64,000 nt of DNA, taken from NCBI GenBank assembly GCA_963704165.1, contig CAVPHD010000006.1:5497-69496 (forward strand). Reading direction: 5' to 3'. Positions 47,782 through 56,795 of the stretch are shown piece by piece (positions within the stretch are counted from its first letter, which is position 1; every line of letters starts with the position of its first letter). Made by a program: the position numbers and the translations under genes. This DNA is from an uncultured delta proteobacterium (GTDB lineage: Bacteria; Myxococcota_A; UBA9160; SZUA-336). Under the pieces are notes generated by a model. It had not been told where the DNA came from. It did no database searches and saw nothing but the letters and a program-made list of their open reading frames with translations.

Positions 47782-48427
47782 AGATCAGGAAGGACTGATC
47801 CGCGAGGAAGTCATCCTGCTCGACGAGCTGGTATCCGGCGGCCTCGAGCTCCTGCTGAATCACCGCGATCGCCGTTCCGTGCCCGCCGGATCGGTACTCG
47901 ACGATCGCGATCCGCCCCCCGGGGCGAAGCCGATCCTGCAGCGCTGCGAAGTAGGCGATCCGATCCGAGAGGTGGTGGTAGGTGTTGCACACGAAGATCA
48001 GGTCGACGCCGTCGGCGGGGATGCGCGGGTCGTCGGGTGCGCCCTCGATCACCCCGACGTTCTCGCGCTTCTCCTTCGCCACGCGACTGCGCAGGTAGCC
48101 GAGCATGTCGGGATCGACGTCGATGGCGTAGACGCGCCCCTCGGGCCCGACCGCATCGGCGAAGCGAAACGTGAAGTAGCCGCCCCCCGCACCGAGATCC
48201 GCGACGTGCGCGCCCGGAACGATCTCGAGCGCCGCGACGACGCGCTCGGGCTGCTGCGAAGCGTCGCGGCCCGGACCCGCGTAAGCGAGGCGCTTGAGCG
48301 CGCCGCACCCGGACACGACCGAGAGCGCGAGCAGCACGGCGATCCAGAGCCGCGCGTGCGACGAACGAAGCCCGGGATCATCGCGATCCCGATCCATGGA
48401 TTCGACATCGAGAGCGTCGATCGACAT
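47765..48427 (-). CDS. class I SAM-dependent methyltransferase with N-terminal hydrophobic segment/lipobox-like LSVVSGC
   Basis: Motif I VADLGAGGGYFT, AIDVDPDML, LRPGGRIAIVEY. Start uncertain (ATG 48427 chosen; the track start 48478 overlaps the divergent SDR). Confidence 0.75.
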   Translation of the reverse strand: MSIDALDVESMDRDRDDPGLRSSHARLWIAVLLALSVVSGCGALKRLAYAGPGRDASQQPERVVAALEIVPGAHVADLGAGGGYFTFRFADAVGPEGRVYAIDVDPDMLGYLRSRVAKEKRENVGVIEGAPDDPRIPADGVDLIFVCNTYHHLSDRIAYFAALQDRLRPGGRIAIVEYRSGGHGTAIAVIQQELEAAGYQLVEQDDFLADQSFLIFTPSP

Positions 48428-48465
48428 GCCTGAATCGTAGTCGATCGGCGGGCTATGATGGGGAA

Positions 48466-49314
48466 ATGGCTGACTCACCGCGAAGTGACGAGCGAATCAT
48501 CGGCCCGGTGTCGGTAGAAGGCGCGGGAATCGCACCCGGTCGCGACCGGCTCGCGGGACGCCGGATCCTGGTCGTCGGCGCGGGCACGCAGGCCAGCCCC
48601 GAGCTCGACGCGCCGATCGGCAACGGGCGCGCGATCGCGCTGCTCGCCGCGCGGGAAGGCGCTTCGGTCGCGTGCGCGGACATCGATCCGAACGCGGCGA
48701 GAGAGACGCTCTCGCAGATCGAGAAGGAAGGGGGCCGCGGCTGCGTGATCGTCGGCGACGTCTCCGAACCTTCCGCCTGCGTTCGGATCGTCGCCGAGGC
48801 CGAGCACACGCTCGGCGGAGTCGACGGCTTGGTTCTGAACGTCGGCATCGCGGCGGGCGCACGGCTCGCCGGCACCGATGCCGAGGCCTGGGACCGGACC
48901 TTCGCGGTGAATCTGCGCGCGCACTTCCTGATCGCGCGCGAGCTCCTGCCCCGCCTGGCGCCCGGCGCCTCGATCGTCTTCATCAGCTCGATCGCCGCGC
49001 TCGGTCCGGGCTCGCGCCTGCCGTCGTACGACGCGTCGAAGGCCGGGCTCGCGGGGCTGATGCGCCACGTCGCGTTCGAGGGCGCGCGAAGCGGAGTCCG
49101 CGCGAACGTCGTACTCCCCGGACTGATCGACACGCCGCTCGGCCGCAGCGCGACGCGCGGCCGTCCGTCGCGCGCGCGCACGCCGGTTCCGCTCGGGCGC
49201 CAGGGGACGGGCTGGGAAGTCGCGCACGCCACGGTCTTCCTGCTCTCGGGCGAAGCGAGCTACATCACGGGCCAATCGCTCGTCGTGGACGGCGGACTCT
49301 CCGCGCTGACCTAG
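48466..49314 (+). CDS. SDR family oxidoreductase
   Basis: 282 aa. ILVVGAGT...GNGRAIA, NVGIA, YDASKAG, VLPGLIDTP. Confidence 0.85.
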   Translation: MADSPRSDERIIGPVSVEGAGIAPGRDRLAGRRILVVGAGTQASPELDAPIGNGRAIALLAAREGASVACADIDPNAARETLSQIEKEGGRGCVIVGDVSEPSACVRIVAEAEHTLGGVDGLVLNVGIAAGARLAGTDAEAWDRTFAVNLRAHFLIARELLPRLAPGASIVFISSIAALGPGSRLPSYDASKAGLAGLMRHVAFEGARSGVRANVVLPGLIDTPLGRSATRGRPSRARTPVPLGRQGTGWEVAHATVFLLSGEASYITGQSLVVDGGLSALT

Positions 49315-50786
49315 CGCCGAGACGGCGCGTTCATGCGCGCGAGCCGCGGGTCGAGCTCCGGCTGAAGCGTCGACGGACGCGATGCGGCCTCGATCTCGAC
49401 GAGCGCGTCGTCGAGATCGCGTCCGAGCTGGTCGAGGTCCGGCGCGAGCTCCCAGTCGCCGATCAGTCCCCAGCAGAGCTTGCCGTCGTAGCTGAGCGCG
49501 GCGACGCCAAGACCCTGGCGCGCGAAGAGCGGCAGCTGCGGATGGATCTCGAGAACGCGCGCGCCGAGCAGGTAGAGCGGCTGCTGCGGCCCCGGCACCG
49601 TCGAGACGATCAGGTTGTAGGGATGCAGCCGCGTCGCGAGATCGACCCCGAGGCGCGTCAATGCGACCGATCCCGTTGCGTCGGCGAGGTTGCTGAGCAG
49701 CTCGATGCCACGGGCCGCGTCGGTCTGCCTCAGCCGCAGCTTCTGTTCACGGATCTGCCGGAAGCGCTCGCGCGGGTCGGGCTCGTCGATGGGCAGCGAA
49801 ACGAAAAGGGCCGAGACGTGGTTCGCTTCGTCGATCTCGCCCGACGTCCCGCGCCGATTCACGGGGATGCACACCTTGTAGTCGAGCTTCGCGAGCGGCA
49901 CGCCGCGTCCGATCAGGTAGCTGCGGATCGCTCCCGCGACGAGCGCGAGCACGACGTCATTCAGCGTTCCGTCGAGCCGGTTCTTCAGCGCCGTCAGCCG
50001 TGCGAGCTCGGTGGTGCGGAGCGCCGCGCGTCGGTGCGGGCCGATACGCTCGTTGAAGGGCGTCTCCGCGGGTGGGAGCAGCGCGCCCGAGAGCGACGTC
50101 GCGACCGCGCGGCCGCTCTCGACGAGGCCCGTGAGCGCCGCCCCGGGATCCCGCGCGACGGCCGCGGCCGCCCCGAGCAACCGGATCGGAAGCGCCAATC
50201 GCCGAACGAGCTCGTCGATGCCGAGCCGGAACGTGCCCGGATGCGCGCGTGCCTCGAAGTCGAGAACGCGTGAACCCTCGTGGACCTCGGGCGAGGGCGA
50301 GAGCAGCTTCGCGAGCACCCCCATTCCGCCGACGGCATCGACCATGCAGTGGTGAAGTTTGGAGATCATCGCGAATCGGTCCCCGGTGAGGGAGTCGACG
50401 ATCCACGTCTCCCAGAGCGGTTTCTCGCGATCGAGGTGCTGGGAGAGGATCCGACCGACGAGCGCCTCGAGCTGGGCGTCGGTTCCCGGGGTGGGCAACG
50501 CGGTGTGGCGCACGTGGTAGCCGAGGTTGAAGTGTTCGTCGTCCACCCAGATCGGCCGGCGCGTGATCGGCGTCCACGCCAGACGCTCCCGGTGGTGCGG
50601 CATGTCGTCGAGCGTCGCCTCGATGTGCGCGGCGATGCGATCGAAGTCGAGCGCGCCGTCCGCGCGCGCGAGCTTCGCCCGCTCGAAGATCGAGACCGCC
50701 GCCACGTGCATCGGCGTGGCCCGGTGCTCGAAGTGGAGGAACCAGCGGTCCTTGGAGGAAAGGGGCTCGTAGCCCGACGTTCGCAT
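49311..50786 (-). CDS. wax ester synthase/acyl-CoA:diacylglycerol acyltransferase (WS/DGAT)
   Basis: 491 aa. Catalytic HHCMVDAVGG (HHxxxDG). C-terminal DUF1298-type region NRRGTSGEIDEANHVS...PLY. Confidence 0.9.
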   Translation of the reverse strand: MRTSGYEPLSSKDRWFLHFEHRATPMHVAAVSIFERAKLARADGALDFDRIAAHIEATLDDMPHHRERLAWTPITRRPIWVDDEHFNLGYHVRHTALPTPGTDAQLEALVGRILSQHLDREKPLWETWIVDSLTGDRFAMISKLHHCMVDAVGGMGVLAKLLSPSPEVHEGSRVLDFEARAHPGTFRLGIDELVRRLALPIRLLGAAAAVARDPGAALTGLVESGRAVATSLSGALLPPAETPFNERIGPHRRAALRTTELARLTALKNRLDGTLNDVVLALVAGAIRSYLIGRGVPLAKLDYKVCIPVNRRGTSGEIDEANHVSALFVSLPIDEPDPRERFRQIREQKLRLRQTDAARGIELLSNLADATGSVALTRLGVDLATRLHPYNLIVSTVPGPQQPLYLLGARVLEIHPQLPLFARQGLGVAALSYDGKLCWGLIGDWELAPDLDQLGRDLDDALVEIEAASRPSTLQPELDPRLARMNAPSRR

Positions 50787-50798
50787 GCCCGACGGGCG

Positions 50799-51941
50799 TC
50801 AGCCGGCGGCGTTTGCGGCGCTCACCGGCGCGATGCCCAGATCGTTCATCATCATCGTGAACTTGCTGCGCGGGATCCGATCCTCGAATCCGGCACGGCG
50901 CAGACGGTGGAAGTACTCCTGCATCTGCTTCACCTGCAGGTCACCGACGATCTTCACGCCGTCTGCGATCTGGGCGGGTTTCGTGCCCTTGCCCGCGAGC
51001 ACGATCATGCACTCGGTGAGCGCGGCGTCGAACTGGCTGATCGTGACCGACTCCCCCTCGTCGAGCGCCGAGTGAAGCTGTTCCTTGCGCTCCGGCGTAT
51101 GGTCGATGGTCCACTTCAGGTGCTGCAGGCCGTACGAGACGTGACGTGCCTCGTCCTGCATCACGAGCTGGAACATGCGCTTGTCCACGGGCGTCGGCGA
51201 AATGAACTCGCTGAAGCGGAACATCGTCAGGATGTTGCCCTCGGCCAGGAGGTGCATGAACGCCGAAGCGTCGCTGTAGGTGTCGCCGTCGAGGATCGCC
51301 TTGAGGGAGTGCTCGGCCTGCGGCAGCGCCTCCATCAGACCGACGCCGCCCGCGAGCGCCCGCTTTCGGAACACTTCGGCGTGTCGCGCCTCGTCCATCG
51401 CTTGCGTGGCGATGAAGTGCTTCACCTCGTGGAACTGGTTGTTCATCCGCCAGAGCCACTTCGCCGGCAGGTCGGTCGCGATCATCTCGACCTCGGTGAA
51501 GAACGTGCAGAGCTGCGCGAATGCGACCTCGAGCTCCTCGCTGCGCTCGTACTTGTCGAGATCGCCCCAGGGAATGTCCGTCGTCGCGTCCCACTGGCGC
51601 GAGACCGCTTCCTCCGTGAACGACGCCACCTTGTACGCCCAGACGTCGGACTTGCGGTTCAGCTCCGGCTCGAGATCGGCCTGGACCTTCGGGTCGAAGG
51701 CCGCGCCCCGCGGCACCGCGCCCCGCGGCCCGCGCGGAACCTCGGGGAGCTCGTCGTAGCCGTAGCTGCCCTTGTTCACGTCGAGGTAGGTGAACCCGCG
51801 CTTCGGGTTCTCCTGCGAGAATCGCAGCTTCTCGGTGCCGGCCTTCATCCAGCCGAGATCGAGGTTGCCCTTGCGGATGTCGCGCATGCGCAACGCGAGG
51901 TCGGAGTTGCGGCTCCAGTCGATCGGTCCGTAGTAGCTCAT
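50799..51941 (-). CDS. ferritin-like di-iron oxygenase-type protein (complete 2x E...DEARH ligand set)
   Basis: 380 aa from ATG 51941 (GAAGGGGAGAG RBS). FFTEVEMIA-(30 aa)-MDEARHAEVF and LLAEGNILT-(26 aa)-MQDEARHVSYG. Confidence 0.8.
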   Translation of the reverse strand: MSYYGPIDWSRNSDLALRMRDIRKGNLDLGWMKAGTEKLRFSQENPKRGFTYLDVNKGSYGYDELPEVPRGPRGAVPRGAAFDPKVQADLEPELNRKSDVWAYKVASFTEEAVSRQWDATTDIPWGDLDKYERSEELEVAFAQLCTFFTEVEMIATDLPAKWLWRMNNQFHEVKHFIATQAMDEARHAEVFRKRALAGGVGLMEALPQAEHSLKAILDGDTYSDASAFMHLLAEGNILTMFRFSEFISPTPVDKRMFQLVMQDEARHVSYGLQHLKWTIDHTPERKEQLHSALDEGESVTISQFDAALTECMIVLAGKGTKPAQIADGVKIVGDLQVKQMQEYFHRLRRAGFEDRIPRSKFTMMMNDLGIAPVSAANAAG

Positions 51942-51960
51942 CGCTCTCCCCTTCCCCGGC

Positions 51961-53043
51961 TCAGCTGCGGAGCAGCCGCAGGAACTCCGGCAACGGGCTG
52001 CGCGAGCGGCGGTCGCCAAGACCCGCCGCCATGCAGCGCCTGAAGTATTCGTCGGTCGTCCGCTCGTAGAGGCCGGCGACGGGCTCGAATCCGCCCGAGA
52101 TCAGCACGAGCGGCTCGATCATCTCGGGCGCGCCGAGCGCCCCGACGAGCGCGTTCTCGGACAGGTCGAGGTGGTTCGAGATCCGCTCGGCCTCGATCGG
52201 CCGCGCGTGCAGCAGGCCGCGGATGTGATCGACGCCGTAGGCGATGAAGCGCGTCGCATCCTGCGCGAGTCGAACGCCGAGGAACGAGTCCACCGCGTTG
52301 GTCGCGGTGTATTCGAGGTGACGTCCGATCGCCTGAATCCACGAGAAGAGCAGGAGGTTCATCGAGGCCGAGGCCTCGGGGTACGAGTCGGCGGTGAAGA
52401 TCGACTTCAGAAACGCACCGAACTCCGGACAATCGACCCCGAGCTGGCCGTCCCCCGCGAGCGCGCGTTTCCGGAACGCCTCGGAGATGCGCGCGGCGTC
52501 GTACATCTGCACGCACATCAGGTACTTGATCTCGTGGAACTCCTGGTTCATCCGGAACTCGTACGAAGCGGCCGTGTCGCAGGCGACGAATCCGGCCGAG
52601 ACCAGATTCGTCGAGAGCTGGCGGATGGCGTGCGCGACCTGCTCGGAGTGACCCGGCTCGTCGAGCGCGGTCCAGGGCACGTCGTGCGCCGGCGCCCAGC
52701 GCCGGGACTTCGCCTCCTCGAAGAGGGTCGGTGCGACCTCGGCCCAGACATCGCTCTTTCGATTCAGGCGGTAGCCGAGCGACGGCAGGCCCGGGGGCAG
52801 GATCGCCCCGCGCGGCGCCATCGAGAAGTTGTGCCGCACGACCTCGGGGAGGTGATCCGGCGAGTACGCGCCGTGGTTGATGTCGGTGAGCGTCAGCCCC
52901 CGCGCGGGTTGGCTGGGCCGGAACGAGGCCCGCTCGCCGATCTTCTTCATCCACGACAGGTCGAGCTGGCCGGAGATCGTGCGGATCATCTTCGCGACGA
53001 TCTCGGGATCCTGGCTGTAATCCTTGGGTGCGATGTAGGACAT
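51961..53043 (-). CDS. paralog of the di-iron protein with all metal-ligand positions substituted (putative non-catalytic partner subunit)
   Basis: 360 aa from ATG 53043 (AGGAGA RBS). Collinear with 50799-51941 (MSY..P.D, RKSDVWA, FRKRALAG), but the ligand helices read VSAGF...YDAARISEAF and LLLFSW...AQDATRFIAYG. Confidence 0.75.
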   Translation of the reverse strand: MSYIAPKDYSQDPEIVAKMIRTISGQLDLSWMKKIGERASFRPSQPARGLTLTDINHGAYSPDHLPEVVRHNFSMAPRGAILPPGLPSLGYRLNRKSDVWAEVAPTLFEEAKSRRWAPAHDVPWTALDEPGHSEQVAHAIRQLSTNLVSAGFVACDTAASYEFRMNQEFHEIKYLMCVQMYDAARISEAFRKRALAGDGQLGVDCPEFGAFLKSIFTADSYPEASASMNLLLFSWIQAIGRHLEYTATNAVDSFLGVRLAQDATRFIAYGVDHIRGLLHARPIEAERISNHLDLSENALVGALGAPEMIEPLVLISGGFEPVAGLYERTTDEYFRRCMAAGLGDRRSRSPLPEFLRLLRS

Positions 53044-53051
53044 CGGTTCTC

Positions 53052-53474
53052 CTACGAGGCCTTCACTTCGAGATACCGCGCCTGGTCGAAGAACTCCTGG
53101 ATCGATGCCATGAAGCGGTAGAACTTGTCGTGCCCTTCGGCGTCGGCGGTTTCGACCCGGAGCAGGTCGCCGACGTGCGAGAGCGTGTTCAGGGTGTGCT
53201 TCGCGTCCGCGCCGCCGTGCTCGACGATCGCCTCGATCATCTCCTTCCAGATCGCCGGCGAACCGCTGAGGACGAAGTCGAGCCGCGCGGGATCTCCGCC
53301 CTCCTGGACGTGGACACACTCGTAGACCTCGAACCCGATCGTGTAGAGGTCCTTCCCGACCCGAACGCCGAAGCTCGTGTCGCAGTAGCCGAGCTTCTCG
53401 AATCGGACCTTGTCTTCCTTCGTGCGCTGCTGGAGCGCCTGAAAGAACTCGAGCGATGGGAAACGGATCGCCAT
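53052..53474 (-). CDS. small SCP2-like (putative lipid-binding) protein
   Basis: 140 aa, GGAGGA RBS. MAIRFPSLEFFQALQQRT...FGVRVG...YTIGFE...DFVLSGSPAIWKEMI pattern resembles SCP2-type sterol/lipid carrier domains. Family call is tentative. Confidence 0.55.
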   Translation of the reverse strand: MAIRFPSLEFFQALQQRTKEDKVRFEKLGYCDTSFGVRVGKDLYTIGFEVYECVHVQEGGDPARLDFVLSGSPAIWKEMIEAIVEHGGADAKHTLNTLSHVGDLLRVETADAEGHDKFYRFMASIQEFFDQARYLEVKAS

Positions 53475-53578
53475 GACATCCTCCGCGCGGGTCTAGAACG
53501 ATTTTACGCCAGCAAGGTCCGTTCCCGCAGCCGACGTCGCACGGGCGGGATCTCCCGCGCGGCCTGCTGCAACCCGCC

Positions 53579-54349
53579 TCAGCTCCCGAAGGAGCCGTGG
53601 CGCCCGGCCCCTCGCGCGAATCGCGAAGCCCCCTCGAGCGTCTCGCCCGAGGCGATCACCTCGAGCCCGAGGCGCGTCTCGAGGCGAAGCGCATCGTCCT
53701 GCGAGAGCGGCCACTGCTGATAGGAGGAGAGCCGGTCGCTGCGCAGGCATCGCTGCGGGAACGCGGCGAGCTGGCGCGCGAGCTCGATCGCTTCCGGCAG
53801 GGCGCGGCCCGGATCGACCAGCCGGTTCGCGAGCCCCATCATGCGCGCCTCTTCACCCGAGACGCCGCGGCCGGTCAGGATCAGATCGAGCGCGTGGGAG
53901 TGGCCGATCATGCGGGCGAGGCGAATCGTTCCGCCGTCGATCAGCGGCACGCCCCAACGGCGGCAGAAGACGCCGAAGACCGCGTCGCGCGCGGCCACGC
54001 GCAGGTCGCACCAGATGGCGAGCTCGAGGCCGCCGGCGACCGCGTAGCCCTCGACCGCGGCGATCACCGGCTTGCCGAGCAGCATGCGCGACGGCCCCAT
54101 CGGACCGTCGCCGTCGGGGCTGACGCGATTCCCGCGCCCCTCCGAGACGCCCTTCAGATCGGCACCGGCGCAGAAGGTCCCCTTCGCTCCGGTGAGAACC
54201 GCCACCGACGATGATTCGTCCGCGTCGAAGCGCCGGAACGCCTCGGCGAGCGCCGATGCGGTCGGACCGTCCACCGCGTTGCGCGCGGCCGGCCGGTCGA
54301 TCGTCACGATCGCGACCGGCCCGTCGGTCTCGTAGCTGACTTCCGCCAT
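53579..54349 (-). CDS. enoyl-CoA hydratase/isomerase (crotonase) family protein
   Basis: 256 aa. VAIVTIDRPAARNAV, LTGAKGTFCAGADLKG, AAVEGYAVAGGLELA. Confidence 0.9.
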   Translation of the reverse strand: MAEVSYETDGPVAIVTIDRPAARNAVDGPTASALAEAFRRFDADESSSVAVLTGAKGTFCAGADLKGVSEGRGNRVSPDGDGPMGPSRMLLGKPVIAAVEGYAVAGGLELAIWCDLRVAARDAVFGVFCRRWGVPLIDGGTIRLARMIGHSHALDLILTGRGVSGEEARMMGLANRLVDPGRALPEAIELARQLAAFPQRCLRSDRLSSYQQWPLSQDDALRLETRLGLEVIASGETLEGASRFARGAGRHGSFGS

Positions 54350-54416
54350 CGTGCCCTCCGAAATCCGTCCAGCGACCGTACCACGCGCGCGCGTCTGCTA
54401 GCGTACGCGCGCCGCC

Positions 54417-56795
54417 ATGGATGCCCCGATCCTGTCACTTCCTCCGACCGGGCTCGTCGCCATCCTGGTCTCGCTCACGTACCTCGCCCTCGCGGTCGTG
54501 CGCATTCGGCCGGAATGGGTGGTGGACCACGCGCGCGCCGTGCTCGGCGTGCTCGCGGCGATCTCGCTCGTCGCCGCCGTCGCGCTCGTCGATCTGCGCA
54601 CGCTCGAGCCGCGCGTCCGCCTCGACGCCTCCGAAGAGCCGCTGATGCTCCGCCACGATCCGGCGCGGGCGGTCTACGCCGAGGCCATCCGCACGTTCGG
54701 CAACGACGACATCTACGTGATCGCGATGCTCACCGACGACGTCTTCACGGAGGCCGATCTCGGAGCGCTGCGTCGGATCAGCCACGCGGTCCTGAAGCTT
54801 CCAGGCGTGCGGCGCGCCGAGAGCCTGGTCGACATCCCGAGCTATCGCTGGGATCCGGAGAAGCTCTGGCTCGACGTCTCGGACTTCATCGACGACATCC
54901 CCTCCGAACCCGCGAGGCTCGTGGATCTGCGCCGGCGCGCGCTCGCCGATCCGATCTATCCGAAGCTGGTCGTGTCGCGCGACGGCTCGGCCGCCGCGAT
55001 CAACCTGTCCTTCCACGAGATCGGCGACCGGGCGTTCGTCGATCTCGGGCTCGACGACGCGATTCGCGCGATCGCGCAGGCGGAGACGGCCCCCGGCCGC
55101 GAGTTCCGTTTCGCGGGACGCCCCCACGTGAAGTCGCGCGCCGCGCTGATCATGGCGCGGGATCTCTCGCTCCTGATCCCGCTCGCGGTCCTCGTCGCGG
55201 CGTTGGTGGTCTTCCTGACGACGGGCTCCGTGCGCGGGGTGTTCTCGCCGCTGCTCGCGTGCCTGACGTCGGTGCTCTGGACGTTCGGCCTGCTCGCGTT
55301 CGCCGGGCTCTCGATCAACCTGATCACGATCGTGCTCGGCCCGATCCTGATCACGCTCGGCGGGCTGTACGGCGTGCACATCATCGCGCGCTGGGAGCAG
55401 GAACGAGAGCACGTGGACAACGCGCGCGATGCCGCGCTCGCGACGCTCCGCGACGTCTTCGTTCCGGTCGTCCTGTCGGGCGTCACGACCAGTGCGGGAT
55501 TCGCCGCGCTCGCTCCCGGTGGCATTCCGGGCATCGAGGAGCTCGGCACGTTCGCGCTCTTCGGAACGTCGGTGCTGACGCTGATCTCGATCACCGGGAT
55601 CCCCGCCGCGCTCGCGCTGCTTCCGCACCGAAAGGGCGCGAGCGGGACGACGCGCTCCGGTGCGACCTTCGGACGAAGACTCGACGACGGGCTCGCCCGG
55701 CTCGCCGTCGCCTGCTGCACGCACGCGACTCCGATTCTGATCGCTTGGGGCGTGATGACGGCGATCGGGATCGCCGCGCTGCCGCGAATCGTGATCGACA
55801 CCGACTACCTGACCTACTTCGCCGAGAGCTCGCAGGTCCGACGCGACTTCGCGTCGGTCAACGAGCGTCTGATCGGACCGGTGCCGCTCTACGTCGAGCT
55901 GATCGGCGAGATCGAGGGCACGTTTCGGGAGCCCGAGAACCTGCGCCGGATCGAGGCGCTTCAACGCGAGATCGAGGCGCTTCCCGGAGTGGCCGCGACG
56001 ATCTCGATGGTGGACCCGCTTCGGCTCCTGAATCGCGCGCTCGAGCGCGGCGATCCCGACGAGGAGCGCATCCCGGACACGCGCGAAGAGGTCAGCGATC
56101 TCGTCTTCATGGTTCCGAAGGCGGAGCTGCGCCGCTTCGCGAATTCGAACCACAGCGAAGCGAACGTGATCGTGCGCACGGGCGAGCTCGGCTCGCGCGC
56201 GGTGCGAACATTGGTCGGACGGATCGAGGACGTCGTCGCGCGGCTCGAGCTCGAGCCCGGGCTGCGTGTCGAGGTGACCGGCAATGCGGTCGTGCTGAAC
56301 CGCAGCGCCGATTCGCTCTCGGGAAACCAGATCGCGAGCATCGCGCTCGCGAGCGCGACCATCTTCGCCCTCGTCTACGGGGTCTTCCGCTCGTTGCGCG
56401 TCAGCCTGCTGGTGATGATTCCGAACCTTGCGCCGGTGATCCTGTTCTTCGGCTTGCTCGGGCTCGGGCTCGCCCCGCTCTCTCTGCCGACGAGCATGAT
56501 CGGATGCGTCGTGCTCGGAGTCGCGGTGGACGACACGGTCCATGTGCTGGTGTCGTACCGGCGCATGCGCGAGCGGGGATCGTCGCCCGAGGACGCGGTG
56601 CTCGAGACCCTGCGTCGGGTCGGCCGGCCGGTCGTGATCTCCTCGCTGATGCTGGTCGCGGGGTTCCTGACGATCATGATCTCGGGCTTCGCGACGATCG
56701 TCGAGTTCGGCTACCTAACGGCGCTCACGATGGCGATCTGCCTCTGCGCCGATCTGATCATGCTGCCGGCGCTACTCGTTCGCGCTCGCGCGTAG
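54417..56795 (+). CDS. MMPL/RND-superfamily transporter (HpnN-like, two sterol-sensing-like TM bundles)
   Basis: 792 aa, two 6-TM blocks each preceded by a soluble loop. Typical GVHIIARW...and VAVDDTVHVLVSY segments. Confidence 0.88.
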   Translation: MDAPILSLPPTGLVAILVSLTYLALAVVRIRPEWVVDHARAVLGVLAAISLVAAVALVDLRTLEPRVRLDASEEPLMLRHDPARAVYAEAIRTFGNDDIYVIAMLTDDVFTEADLGALRRISHAVLKLPGVRRAESLVDIPSYRWDPEKLWLDVSDFIDDIPSEPARLVDLRRRALADPIYPKLVVSRDGSAAAINLSFHEIGDRAFVDLGLDDAIRAIAQAETAPGREFRFAGRPHVKSRAALIMARDLSLLIPLAVLVAALVVFLTTGSVRGVFSPLLACLTSVLWTFGLLAFAGLSINLITIVLGPILITLGGLYGVHIIARWEQEREHVDNARDAALATLRDVFVPVVLSGVTTSAGFAALAPGGIPGIEELGTFALFGTSVLTLISITGIPAALALLPHRKGASGTTRSGATFGRRLDDGLARLAVACCTHATPILIAWGVMTAIGIAALPRIVIDTDYLTYFAESSQVRRDFASVNERLIGPVPLYVELIGEIEGTFREPENLRRIEALQREIEALPGVAATISMVDPLRLLNRALERGDPDEERIPDTREEVSDLVFMVPKAELRRFANSNHSEANVIVRTGELGSRAVRTLVGRIEDVVARLELEPGLRVEVTGNAVVLNRSADSLSGNQIASIALASATIFALVYGVFRSLRVSLLVMIPNLAPVILFFGLLGLGLAPLSLPTSMIGCVVLGVAVDDTVHVLVSYRRMRERGSSPEDAVLETLRRVGRPVVISSLMLVAGFLTIMISGFATIVEFGYLTALTMAICLCADLIMLPALLVRARA

